This document shows, in pieces, positions 10,029 to 18,433 of a stretch of 64,000 bases of DNA. Position numbers and translations under genes: made by a program. The stretch covers positions 487 through 64,486 of the forward strand of contig JAPLME010000007.1 of NCBI GenBank assembly GCA_026387175.1, read 5' to 3'. This stretch comes from Candidatus Omnitrophota bacterium (lineage in GTDB: Bacteria > Omnitrophota > Gorgyraeia > 2-01-FULL-45-10). The notes under the pieces are model-generated. The model was given only the letters and a program-made list of their open reading frames with translations. It had not been told where the DNA came from and searched no databases. Position 1 is the first letter of the stretch; the number at the start of each line of letters is the position of its first letter.

Positions 10029-10057
10029 TTGACACATAACAAACGTTGATATATACT
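10029..10057 (+). promoter_or_regulatory. Sigma-70-like promoter: TTGACA, 17-nt spacer, TATACT
   Basis: Read directly. Lies 26 nt upstream of the ATG at 10084. Confidence 0.5.
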
Positions 10058-10083
10058 ATGTGGTGCAAATAAAAAGGTGGAAT

Positions 10084-10446
10084 GTTATGAGATTTAAAAC
10101 TACAATTCAATTAGTATCAGATGCACAGGACAAGAGCGAAGCATTAGATCTGGTCGAAGAATATCTCGCAGGCAATATAGTTTCCGGCGTAGATATGAGA
10201 TGCGTAACTAAACCGGTTTACAAGTCAAACATAGTATGTGTGGCGGCAATTTCATTGGCTATAGTTACCGGCATACTTGTAGGGTCGCATATCAAACATC
10301 CGCAAAACATGATACAGACAATCCCCGGCACAAGCGCTATCCAGTCACCCCTCAAGACCTCCGATATTACGCATAGTAAACCGGAGTTTAAGAAAGAATG
10401 GCAGGACAGGCAGACGAAAGAAGCGTTGGATCAGATTAGCCGGTAA
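10084..10446 (+). CDS. Hypothetical membrane-anchored protein
   Basis: The ATG at 10084 has an upstream RBS (aaaggtgg), whereas the ORF-track GTG start at 10060 lies inside the promoter. One TM helix. Confidence 0.4.
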   Translation, partial: VMRFKTTIQLVSDAQDKSEALDLVEEYLAGNIVSGVDMRCVTKPVYKSNIVCVAAISLAIVTGILVGSHIKHPQNMIQTIPGTSAIQSPLKTSDITHSKPEFKKEWQDRQTKEALDQISR

Positions 10447-10525
10447 TTCGCGGCGGTTCCCTCCTGATTTATCTTGAAATTTCAAAAATTCATTGTATAC
10501 TACTCCTATAGCTAAAGGAGAACGC

Positions 10526-11002
10526 ATGAAGATTTTGACGTATATTCTGATATTAGGGCTTGTTCTTTCGATGGGCGTTCCCGCCGTATGCGCGCGTGAT
10601 AATAACGATGATGATTCCGGTGATGAAGGCGGAAGCTCTACCTTGGGCAGCGCTATAATGGGCGGCCTTCTTGGCGGCGGCCTGGGTGCCGCTATAGGCA
10701 GCGGTAGCGGTAACGCAGGGAAAGGGGCATTGATAGGGGCCGGGATCGGAGCTGTCGGCGGCACGCTTATGGGAGCGGCAAAGGACGATCAGAGAAATAA
10801 AGACCGTCAGTATAAACGCGAGGCGCAGATGGAACAGCAGAGGTATGAAAAGGAGCAATATCTGCAGGAACCTGTTCCTGTTCAAGTGCAAGCGCCGGCT
10901 CAAGCGCAAGCTATGGAAACGTCGCCAATCAAGAAAAAGATCGTGCGCCAGTACGATTCCAACGGCAACGTGGTTTCGGAGAAGGAAGTCCCTGTCAACT
11001 GA
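10526..11002 (+). CDS. Secreted glycine-zipper (YMGG / 17-kDa-antigen-like) protein with a Gln-rich tail
   Basis: RBS aaaggag before the ATG at 10526. Signal peptide. G-x3-G-x3-G zipper (GGLLGGGLGAAIGSGSGNAGKGALIGAGIGAVGG). C-terminal motif KKKIVRQYDSNGNVVSE shared with the paralog at 12561. Confidence 0.55.
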   Translation: MKILTYILILGLVLSMGVPAVCARDNNDDDSGDEGGSSTLGSAIMGGLLGGGLGAAIGSGSGNAGKGALIGAGIGAVGGTLMGAAKDDQRNKDRQYKREAQMEQQRYEKEQYLQEPVPVQVQAPAQAQAMETSPIKKKIVRQYDSNGNVVSEKEVPVN

Positions 11003-11079
11003 TAACTAAAAAAGATCCCGACATTTTAAAGTCCTACCTGGAGGATAGCTCAAACCTCAAAGGCGGCCACGCCGAAGAG

Positions 11080-12489
11080 GTGGCGATTCCGGAGAACATC
11101 GAAGAGCTTTCCGATTTCCTGAAAAAATCGAATTTCGAGAAGTTGCCCGTGACGATATCGGGTGGAGGTACCGCTACGACAGGTTCGCGCGTGCCATTCG
11201 GCGGCGCCGTGATCTCAATGGAGAAATTCAACAGGATATTGAAGATATCGAAGAAAGATATGTCAGCCACGCTTGGGGCCGGTGTGATGGTCGATGAGCT
11301 TAAGAAGGCCGCTGAGAGGGAAGGCCTCTTTTATACGTGCCACCCTACGGAAAGTTCCGCGTTTGTAGGAGGGACCATCTCCACTAATGCCTCAGGCTCA
11401 AGATCGTTTAAGTACGGACCCACCCGAAATTATGTGAAAAGGCTTAAGATGGTGCTCGCTGACGGCGCTGTAATGGACCTGCGTCGCGGCGAGGTTTTTC
11501 TGTCGCGCGAGAGTTCCAAAGTTAAAATGCCGGGCCGCACTGAAATAGTTGTGCCATTGCCGCATTACAGGATGCCCGACGTAAAAAGCTCTTCCGGCTA
11601 TTTCGCGAAAGACGGCATGGATCTGATAGATCTATTCATAGGACAGGAGGGGACCCTCTCCGTTATAGTCGAGGCCGAACTTGCGCTTGTTAAGAGGCCG
11701 CTTAAAATATTAAGCTCGTTCGTTTTTTTTAATAGAGAGGAAGACGCCTGGAGCTTCGCCTTCGAGGCCCGCGATCTTTCAAAGAAGAAGAGGGCCTCTC
11801 CCGGGAATTTAATGTTAGACGCTCTTTCGATAGAATATTTCGACTCAAATGCGCTTGCCATTTTAAGGGAGGCCAAAGCGAATATTCCTTCTAATGCGCG
11901 GGCCGCCATATTTTTTGAACAGGAGACGGTCACCGGCAAAGATGGAGATAAGGTTCTGGATGAATGGCTCGGGCTTATCTCGAAGCATGGGGCGCCGCTC
12001 GATGATACATGGGTCGCCATGAACGAGAAGGAAGCGGCGAAATTCGCAGAATTCCGGCATGCCGTTCCGGAGGCTGTCAATGATCTTGTAAGGGAATACG
12101 GTTACCATAAGTTCAGCACGGATATAGCGGTGCCTGATGGCAGGGCGCTGGAAATGCTGGAGTTCTATACCGGGACATTGAGGAACCAAAAGCTCAGGCA
12201 CGTTATGTTCGGCCATATAGGAGAAAGCCACGTTCATGTCAATATCCTGCCCAGGTCCGAGGAAGAGTTAACAGCGGCCAGGGAAATTGTTCTAAGATTC
12301 GTGAGGAAAGGCGTTTCGGTGGGCGGGGCCGTATCTGCCGAACACGGTATAGGTAAGATAAAGCACAAATATCTGGAAGAGATGTATGGAACTTCCGGTG
12401 TGTTGGAGATGTCTAAGATAAAGAAGGCGTTTGACCCTAATTGCATCCTGGGGCTCGATAATATATTTCCGAGAGAGCTGTTGAAATGA
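11080..12489 (+). CDS. FAD-binding oxidoreductase (FAD-linked oxidase family, GlcD / D-lactate-dehydrogenase-like)
   Basis: FAD_binding_4-type N-terminal domain (PVTISGGGTATTGSRVPFGGAVISMEKFNRIL) and C-terminal oxidase domain. The listed start is GTG, and the frame stays open and coding-like upstream to about 11005. Confidence 0.8.
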   Translation: MAIPENIEELSDFLKKSNFEKLPVTISGGGTATTGSRVPFGGAVISMEKFNRILKISKKDMSATLGAGVMVDELKKAAEREGLFYTCHPTESSAFVGGTISTNASGSRSFKYGPTRNYVKRLKMVLADGAVMDLRRGEVFLSRESSKVKMPGRTEIVVPLPHYRMPDVKSSSGYFAKDGMDLIDLFIGQEGTLSVIVEAELALVKRPLKILSSFVFFNREEDAWSFAFEARDLSKKKRASPGNLMLDALSIEYFDSNALAILREAKANIPSNARAAIFFEQETVTGKDGDKVLDEWLGLISKHGAPLDDTWVAMNEKEAAKFAEFRHAVPEAVNDLVREYGYHKFSTDIAVPDGRALEMLEFYTGTLRNQKLRHVMFGHIGESHVHVNILPRSEEELTAAREIVLRFVRKGVSVGGAVSAEHGIGKIKHKYLEEMYGTSGVLEMSKIKKAFDPNCILGLDNIFPRELLK

Positions 12490-12560
12490 AATGAGCTTGA
12501 ATTTTATAAAATATAGGAGTATTATTAATCCATACTTTATAAAATGAGGGGGAACGACGG

Positions 12561-13313
12561 ATGAATATTAGAAAATCGGGATCATGTCTTATAGCTGTAT
12601 TATTTATATGTGTTTTATTTGTTGCTTTCACTTACGGGCAAGACGATGATAATACCCGAAACGTGTTAAAACAGGGCCTGCTTGGAGCGGGAGTCGGCGC
12701 CATATCGTCCTCGGCATCGGGCGGAAACGCTGGACAGGGCGCGTTGATAGGCGCCGGAACGTCGGTCATAGGCAGCGCTCTCTTAGACGCTATTACCGGC
12801 CCTTCATCCTCATCTTCTTCGCGCAGGAGCGCGCCGCCACCGGATAACTATTATTACGCGGATTCGCCCCAGGATTATTACTATGAAGAGGAACCTCCCC
12901 AGGAATCCGGCACATCTAAGATATTGAAGCAGGGGCTTGTTGGCGCGGGCACCGGGGCCCTGGCCTCCGGTATGTCCGGTGGTGACGCCGGCAAAGGCGC
13001 GTTAATAGGCGCCGGAACCTCGGTCATAGGCAATGCTCTTCTGGACGCGATAACCCAGCCGCCGCAGCAGAGGAGAAAAGTATACAGGCGCGCGCCGCCG
13101 CCACAGCAGTATCCTCCGCAGCAGCAGTATCCGCCGCAGGCTTATCAACAGCAGTACCAGCCTCAACAGCAATATCAGCCTCAGGCCCAACCCCAGCCTC
13201 AGAACATCCAGGTCTCGGAAGAGCCGACAGGATCGGGCGAGGGGAAGAAGAAGATCGTCAAAAAATATGACGCTAACGGAAAACTGGTTTCAGAGGAAGA
13301 GATATATTACTAG
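12561..13313 (+). CDS. Secreted glycine-zipper protein with a Pro/Gln-rich low-complexity region (paralog of 10526..11002)
   Basis: Signal peptide. Two copies of ILKQGL(L/V)GAG.GA..S..SGG.AG.GALIGAGTSVIG.ALLDAIT. A PPQQQYPPQ.. tract. C-terminal KKKIVKKYDANGKLVSEEE motif. Confidence 0.55.
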   Translation: MNIRKSGSCLIAVLFICVLFVAFTYGQDDDNTRNVLKQGLLGAGVGAISSSASGGNAGQGALIGAGTSVIGSALLDAITGPSSSSSSRRSAPPPDNYYYADSPQDYYYEEEPPQESGTSKILKQGLVGAGTGALASGMSGGDAGKGALIGAGTSVIGNALLDAITQPPQQRRKVYRRAPPPQQYPPQQQYPPQAYQQQYQPQQQYQPQAQPQPQNIQVSEEPTGSGEGKKKIVKKYDANGKLVSEEEIYY

Positions 13314-13387
13314 CCGATGAAAAGGCCGATGCCAGAGACATCGGCACTTAGCCTGCAATACGGCTGAATAAACTAGGAGCGTATAGT

Positions 13388-13636
13388 ATGAAGAATATAA
13401 GTTGGGTGGCGGTAGTTCTTATATTGGCTGTTTTGTTTATCCTCGAGTTTCGCTATACAGTTGTGGTCCATTCCCCGATCGTGGCAAAGGTAGACCGTCT
13501 TACCGGCGATGTATGGATAGCCAATTCCGGAATGTGGCTAAAGGTGCAGCATTCCGTAAAAGACAAGGCTGTTCCACAGGCCGCGAGTTCTGTCCAGAAA
13601 CCGGCTAAAGATGCCTCGCAGGAAAAATCCAAATAA
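13388..13636 (+). CDS. Hypothetical small membrane-anchored protein
   Basis: RBS aggag. N-terminal TM helix. Confidence 0.35.
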   Translation: MKNISWVAVVLILAVLFILEFRYTVVVHSPIVAKVDRLTGDVWIANSGMWLKVQHSVKDKAVPQAASSVQKPAKDASQEKSK

Positions 13637-13658
13637 AGTCGTAATAGCCTAGCCAAAA

Positions 13659-14201
13659 ATGCCGAAAGAGCTTAAGTATATCCAGGTTGCCGCGCTTCTC
13701 ATAGCAGCGATAATTTATCTGGGTATAAAAAATTACCCGTTTACCAAAAGCACATCCGGAACAGATAAAACCGAATTTTATTATGTCGCGCGGGTAGTCG
13801 ACGGCGATACGTTAAAGCTTTCTTCGGGTGAAAAGATCAGGCTTATCGGGATGGATACGCCGGAGGTATATTACAGTAATAAACTTTTGAGAGACTCGAA
13901 AAGAAGCGGCACAGATATAAAGACGATACAGTCCTTGGGCGCCAAGGCATCCAAATTCACTAAAGATCTCTGTCTCGGCAAGAGAGTGCGGCTTGAATAT
14001 GATGCTGTAAAACATGATCGATACGGCAGAACGCTGGCATACGTATATCTGGAAGACGGCACATTTGTAAACGCGAAGATCGTAGAAGAGGGTTATGGAC
14101 AGATTATGACCGTGCCTCCCAATGTAAAATATGCCGACTATTTCCTGAAACTGGAAAGGCAGGCAAGGGAGGGCAAGAAAGGGCTCTGGAAATTTAAATG
14201 A
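13659..14201 (+). CDS. Thermonuclease (staphylococcal/micrococcal nuclease, SNase-like), membrane-anchored
   Basis: N-terminal TM helix. SNase motifs DGDTLKL..IRLIGMDTPE and RYGRTLAYVY...AKIVEEGYG. Confidence 0.8.
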   Translation: MPKELKYIQVAALLIAAIIYLGIKNYPFTKSTSGTDKTEFYYVARVVDGDTLKLSSGEKIRLIGMDTPEVYYSNKLLRDSKRSGTDIKTIQSLGAKASKFTKDLCLGKRVRLEYDAVKHDRYGRTLAYVYLEDGTFVNAKIVEEGYGQIMTVPPNVKYADYFLKLERQAREGKKGLWKFK

Positions 14202-14229
14202 AAATGGGTTATAATTAAAAACGGATATT

Positions 14230-15150
14230 ATGGAAGAGTTTAAAATTCTTAAAAATGTGGAGTTAACAAATCCCGTCATGATCGCGGGCTGGCCCGGTAT
14301 GGGCAGCGTAGCGCTCGGTGTCGTAGACTATTTGCGCAAGACTCTCGATGCGAATCCGCTGGCCGAGATAAGATTGGATCCCATGGCGACGGTAGATTCC
14401 GTGGTAGTTGAAAACGGCATAGCGAGCCTGCCTCCGGGACCTAAGAACACTTTATACTATACGAAAAATCCCGATCTGATAATCCTGGAAGGAGAAGTGC
14501 AGCTTGCGGGGCCTGCCGGTATAGCCTTATTGAACAAGATTCTGGATCTGGCCGTAAAATTTAAAGTGAAGGCTATATATACAGGCGCGGCATTCCCTTT
14601 GCCCATAAGTCATAAGGAGGATCCTGATATCTATGGCGCGGTCAATAAAAAGTCGCTTACCGGAATGCTCTCAGGACTTGACATAAAGGCCATGGAAGAA
14701 GGCCATATATCCGGCCTCAACGGCCTTATCCTTGGGCTTGCTAAAGAAAGAGATATAGACGCCGTCTGCCTACTGGCGACGATGCCCCAATACGCGATAA
14801 GCCTCCCTAATCCTAAGGCGTCCGGCGCTATTATCGAGACTCTCGAGAAGATACTGAATTTCGTGGTATCCCTGGAAGAGATGGACGAGTATATAAGGGA
14901 GATGGATGAGAAGATGTCCGCCATAGAGGAGAAGGTCAAGGATGTGATGACGATAGAGAATAAAGAACTTCACTCTACTCCGGAAGCGAAGAAGGTACCC
15001 GGTTATATAGTGGAGAAGATAGAGAAGCTATTTCAGGAAGCTAAGAAGGACAAATCTAAGGCGAAAGCGCTGAAGAAGGAACTGGATCGGTGGGATCTGT
15101 ATAAGCTCTATGAGGACAGGTTTCTCGACCTGTTCAAAGACAGCCAATGA
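14230..15150 (+). CDS. PAC2-family (proteasome-assembly-chaperone-like) protein with a C-terminal coiled-coil extension
   Basis: The N-terminus (NPVMIAGWPGMGSVALGVVDYL) matches the PAC2 signature (..P.LI.G.PG.G.VG..A.DYL). A second Gly-rich block and overall size (~210 aa) also fit. Then a charged helical tail. Confidence 0.5.
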   Translation: MEEFKILKNVELTNPVMIAGWPGMGSVALGVVDYLRKTLDANPLAEIRLDPMATVDSVVVENGIASLPPGPKNTLYYTKNPDLIILEGEVQLAGPAGIALLNKILDLAVKFKVKAIYTGAAFPLPISHKEDPDIYGAVNKKSLTGMLSGLDIKAMEEGHISGLNGLILGLAKERDIDAVCLLATMPQYAISLPNPKASGAIIETLEKILNFVVSLEEMDEYIREMDEKMSAIEEKVKDVMTIENKELHSTPEAKKVPGYIVEKIEKLFQEAKKDKSKAKALKKELDRWDLYKLYEDRFLDLFKDSQ

Positions 15151-16400
15151 TAAAATCAGCCTCCCCCTATAAAAAGATATTTATCATAGTTATATCCCTA
15201 ACCATATTGGCCGTCGTGGGCCTATTTATAGGCAGGTATCAAATCCTTCAATATTCCACTGAAAAGATAGTCAGAAAGTTATTGCCTGATTATATCGTAG
15301 TAGAAAAAATGAACTTCAATTATAGGGATAGTAAGATAATTTTTAGCGCTTTTAAAATCCTGAATCCTCCAAATTTCTCAAACAAATACCTGATAGAGAT
15401 CGGCGAGATGGAGTGCCGGTATAAAATGAAAGGCAAGAACATACTGGATGGGATCGAGATTTTGGAGCCGGTATTTAAAAAACCGGTATTATTTATAGAG
15501 AGGTTGGCTGGCGGGCGGACGAACCTTCAGGAGATGACCAGTCTTTTACAGAAAAAAGATCAAGAAGCTAAGATTCTTAAGCCGGCTGCTGCTGCAGGAT
15601 CTCAAATGGCTGCGGATAGCCGGATGGCAGGGGGGAGTAACTTATCCAAAATCGTGAAGTTGCCGGAAAATTTTATCATAAAGGACGGCAGAGTTGTTTT
15701 TCTGGATGGGATGGTCCGGCCGGGGACGTATACGATCACTCTTGATAATGTTGATGCCGCCTTGCGCCTCGCCCTCGACAGCTCTTATACCAGAGCTCTC
15801 AGTATCTCTACGACCGGCATGGGCATCGTTAACGGCAGGCCCGGCGAAACCATAAAATGGGATACTAAATTCGATCCTACGGCGCGCGAGCTTACTATGT
15901 CTAACAGGTTCAACGTCTCAGGCGTAGACATCCTGGCTTTTCGACCGTATTATGATAGGTATTCGCCTCTTGTTTTCAATAGTGGCTATTTCTCAGGCTC
16001 GCTTATATTCGATTTTGATAATGGCAGCATAGGCTCGACAAATGAGGTGCTCCTGTCGAAGATATCATTTTCCATAAAGAGAGGGTATGAGAACGCGCAG
16101 TTTTTGGAGACTACAGTGCCCGACCTTGTGAAATATTTTACTTCAGCAAGCGGCGACATCATATTCGATTTTAAGATAAAGGGCCGGATGTCGGACCCCC
16201 AGTTTTACCTGGGCCCGATCTCTAAACAGGCAGTAGCCGCGATGGCGATAGATAAGATCACCCAGGCATTATCGAATGCGGCCAAAGGCCAGGCGAGTCC
16301 GCAAAGCGCCGGGGCCATTGGGACCGGGAAAAGCAGTGATATCGAGAAGGCCTCGGAGTATATTAATATGTTCAAAGGACTGCTGAAGGAAAAACAATAG
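15147..16400 (+). CDS. Hypothetical membrane-anchored protein
   Basis: N-terminal TM helix and a large soluble domain with no motif I can place. 4-bp overlap with the upstream gene. Confidence 0.4.
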   Translation: MIKSASPYKKIFIIVISLTILAVVGLFIGRYQILQYSTEKIVRKLLPDYIVVEKMNFNYRDSKIIFSAFKILNPPNFSNKYLIEIGEMECRYKMKGKNILDGIEILEPVFKKPVLFIERLAGGRTNLQEMTSLLQKKDQEAKILKPAAAAGSQMAADSRMAGGSNLSKIVKLPENFIIKDGRVVFLDGMVRPGTYTITLDNVDAALRLALDSSYTRALSISTTGMGIVNGRPGETIKWDTKFDPTARELTMSNRFNVSGVDILAFRPYYDRYSPLVFNSGYFSGSLIFDFDNGSIGSTNEVLLSKISFSIKRGYENAQFLETTVPDLVKYFTSASGDIIFDFKIKGRMSDPQFYLGPISKQAVAAMAIDKITQALSNAAKGQASPQSAGAIGTGKSSDIEKASEYINMFKGLLKEKQ

Positions 16401-16401
16401 A

Positions 16402-17625
16402 ATGGGGAAGATAGAGCGAAATTTTTTATGGCTGACAGCTGCCAATATTGCAGGCAGCTTTTTTACTGTCATACTATTCATCTATCTGGCCAGGATCCTT
16501 GAAGCAGCGAACTTCGGATATCTTTCGTATGCCAGCGCTTTAGTATTTTACCTTTTTAATTTCATAGATTTGGGGCTTTCGACATACGGCATAAGAGAGA
16601 TCGCTAAGGATAAATCCGCGGTGTCCGAATATGTGTCAAATATAGTCTCTTTTAAGTTAATACTTGCGGTCATCCTCTTCATAGGCTTTGCCCTGATAAG
16701 CTTTTTAACGCATCAGTTTGCGCTTACGAGGATCCTTATGCTGGAGTTATCACTGATGTTTTTTGTATCAGCCTTAGCCTCCGAATGGGCGTTCCAGGGA
16801 CTTGAAAAGATGCATATGGTCTTTGTGTCGCTTGGGGTTACGTCTTTTCTTCAGCTCTTACTGAACATTCTTCTGGTAAAGCACCCCGGCGATGTCTTAA
16901 AGGTACCGCTTATTAACTTCTTAGCGTCAATGCCTGTAATAGTATTCTTTTTGCACCGGCTAAGGTTCAGGTTCCGTTTATTTTCACTTGATTTAAAAAA
17001 GATCCGGCTCTACCTGTCGAGCGCCATCGTAATATGGTCGATATCGATCTTCGCTCAAGTCTATAACGGCCTGGACATAGTGATACTTGGTTTCTTCAGG
17101 CCGCCCCAGGAAGTCGGTTATTTCAGCGTCGCAAGGCGCATCGTAGGCGGCGTAACGCTCTTGCTGACGTTTCTGGCCAGCGCTGTGCTGCCGCACCTGT
17201 CATGTACGTTTAAAGACGATATGCCCGGTTTCCGGCAGGGTACACGTAAATTTTTAAAAATGTCAGGCATAATATTGGTACTCGTATTCGTGCCTGTAAT
17301 GTTATTCAGCGGCCGGATCATATCACTTACCGTCGGGAGCGAGTATCTGCCCGCCAGCGTCCCGTTGAAGATAATGATAATGGCGATCATTCTGGTGACA
17401 TTCAATCTGCCGTATTCAACAGGCCTGATAGCGGCGTGCATGGAAAGAGAGGTGCTGAAGCAGGCCTCGGCCAGCGCGGCCTTGAGCGTATTTTTAAATT
17501 TCCTACTTATACCGAGATATGGTATGATAGGCGCATCCGTATCATTCTTATTTGCTGAGCTATTGGCGCTTGTTTGGATCCTTTGGGTTTATAATAACAA
17601 GATCCGCGCTCGTAGAAAGGCATAA
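16402..17625 (+). CDS. Polysaccharide biosynthesis protein / oligosaccharide flippase (Wzx-like, MOP superfamily)
   Basis: About 12 predicted TM helices. N-terminal signature ..NFLWLTAANIAGSFFTVILFIYLARIL..FGYLSYA typical of Wzx/RfbX flippases. Confidence 0.7.
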   Translation: MGKIERNFLWLTAANIAGSFFTVILFIYLARILEAANFGYLSYASALVFYLFNFIDLGLSTYGIREIAKDKSAVSEYVSNIVSFKLILAVILFIGFALISFLTHQFALTRILMLELSLMFFVSALASEWAFQGLEKMHMVFVSLGVTSFLQLLLNILLVKHPGDVLKVPLINFLASMPVIVFFLHRLRFRFRLFSLDLKKIRLYLSSAIVIWSISIFAQVYNGLDIVILGFFRPPQEVGYFSVARRIVGGVTLLLTFLASAVLPHLSCTFKDDMPGFRQGTRKFLKMSGIILVLVFVPVMLFSGRIISLTVGSEYLPASVPLKIMIMAIILVTFNLPYSTGLIAACMEREVLKQASASAALSVFLNFLLIPRYGMIGASVSFLFAELLALVWILWVYNNKIRARRKA

Positions 17626-17638
17626 AAAGGGAGGCAGC

Positions 17639-17812
17639 ATGGCAGAGATATCGAGAACCGAATTTAAGGGTAAGCCGGTCCTGGTAATAAAAAGGGACGC
17701 AGAAGATAAGTATCCGTTCAGCTTTGGCCTGACAAAAGCGAAACTTATCCTGGAAAATCTTGAAGAGATAAAGAGGTTTGTCGAGGATAATTCAAAAGAA
17801 GCCGGCGAATAA
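17639..17812 (+). CDS. Hypothetical small protein
   Basis: GGGAGG RBS 6 nt before the ATG at 17639. The ORF-track start at 17552 would overlap the flippase 3' end. Confidence 0.4.
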   Translation: MAEISRTEFKGKPVLVIKRDAEDKYPFSFGLTKAKLILENLEEIKRFVEDNSKEAGE

Positions 17813-17821
17813 TATCGTTTG

Positions 17822-18142
17822 ATGCGTTTTTTGAACAGGCTGTTATTTTTTATAGGCTGGCTCTTATCGCCGTTTACTACCTGGAACGACATATTTATAA
17901 ATATCCCTTTGGCGTATCTTGCGGCCAGCCTATTTTTTAAAATATTTCCTAACAATTTCGCTCTGCAGGTAATAATTTTTTACTGGCTCAGTAACGGTCT
18001 CGGATTATTATTGATGTACACGACGGGCCGTAACGTATTAAAAGAAAAACGCCTGAGTTTCAGATCGATCCTCAGCACACTCCTAATCTACAGCATTATT
18101 TTATTTCTGCTCGATAAATTTGTTAATCTCCGTCCTGTGTAA
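17822..18142 (+). CDS. Hypothetical small integral membrane protein
   Basis: Three hydrophobic helices. No known motif. Confidence 0.4.
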   Translation: MRFLNRLLFFIGWLLSPFTTWNDIFINIPLAYLAASLFFKIFPNNFALQVIIFYWLSNGLGLLLMYTTGRNVLKEKRLSFRSILSTLLIYSIILFLLDKFVNLRPV

Positions 18143-18192
18143 GGCGAAAAAGCTAACTTTCGTTAGGCCTTAAAAAAGTTTGTATTTAGCTA

Positions 18193-18220
18193 TTGACACT
18201 TTTAAAATCTGTGATATACT
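18193..18220 (+). promoter_or_regulatory. Sigma-70-like promoter: TTGACA, 16-nt spacer, TATACT
   Basis: Read directly. Lies about 215 nt upstream of the first giant GLUG-repeat gene. Confidence 0.55.
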
Positions 18221-18391
18221 CGAACTGTAGCTTCGATAAAGGCAAAGCCGTCGAAAGACGGTGGCGTTCCCTGAAGTGGAGAAGGGGACTGCGGCCTAAG
18301 AGAAAATAGGCCGTAGCAAAGCCAAGGATCTAGAAAATTAACTAGATAGCCTGGTTACCGAAAAGCGGTTTCGGAAACCAGGCTTTTTTAT
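18221..18391 (+). promoter_or_regulatory. Structured leader RNA of about 170 nt, ending in an intrinsic terminator 43 nt before the start codon. Candidate riboswitch or attenuator.
   Basis: Several local hairpins, including ccguc-GAAA-gacgg and cggccu..aggccg. The leader then runs into a 14-bp terminator stem plus U6. Confidence 0.45.
18350..18391 (+). terminator. Rho-independent terminator inside the leader (the attenuator 'OFF' element)
   Basis: Stem cctggttaccgaaa/tttcggaaaccagg (13 of 14 bp paired, loop agcgg), followed by cTTTTTTatt. Confidence 0.7.
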
Positions 18392-18433
18392 TACGGTGGT
18401 AGTGAGGCTTCAATAACCAAAAGGGGGTACTCC

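Noticed and set aside
17552-17812. ORF-track start at 17552 for the small protein downstream of the flippase
   Set aside because: This would overlap the flippase 3' end by 74 nt in another frame. A GGGAGG RBS precedes the internal ATG at 17639, which I used instead.
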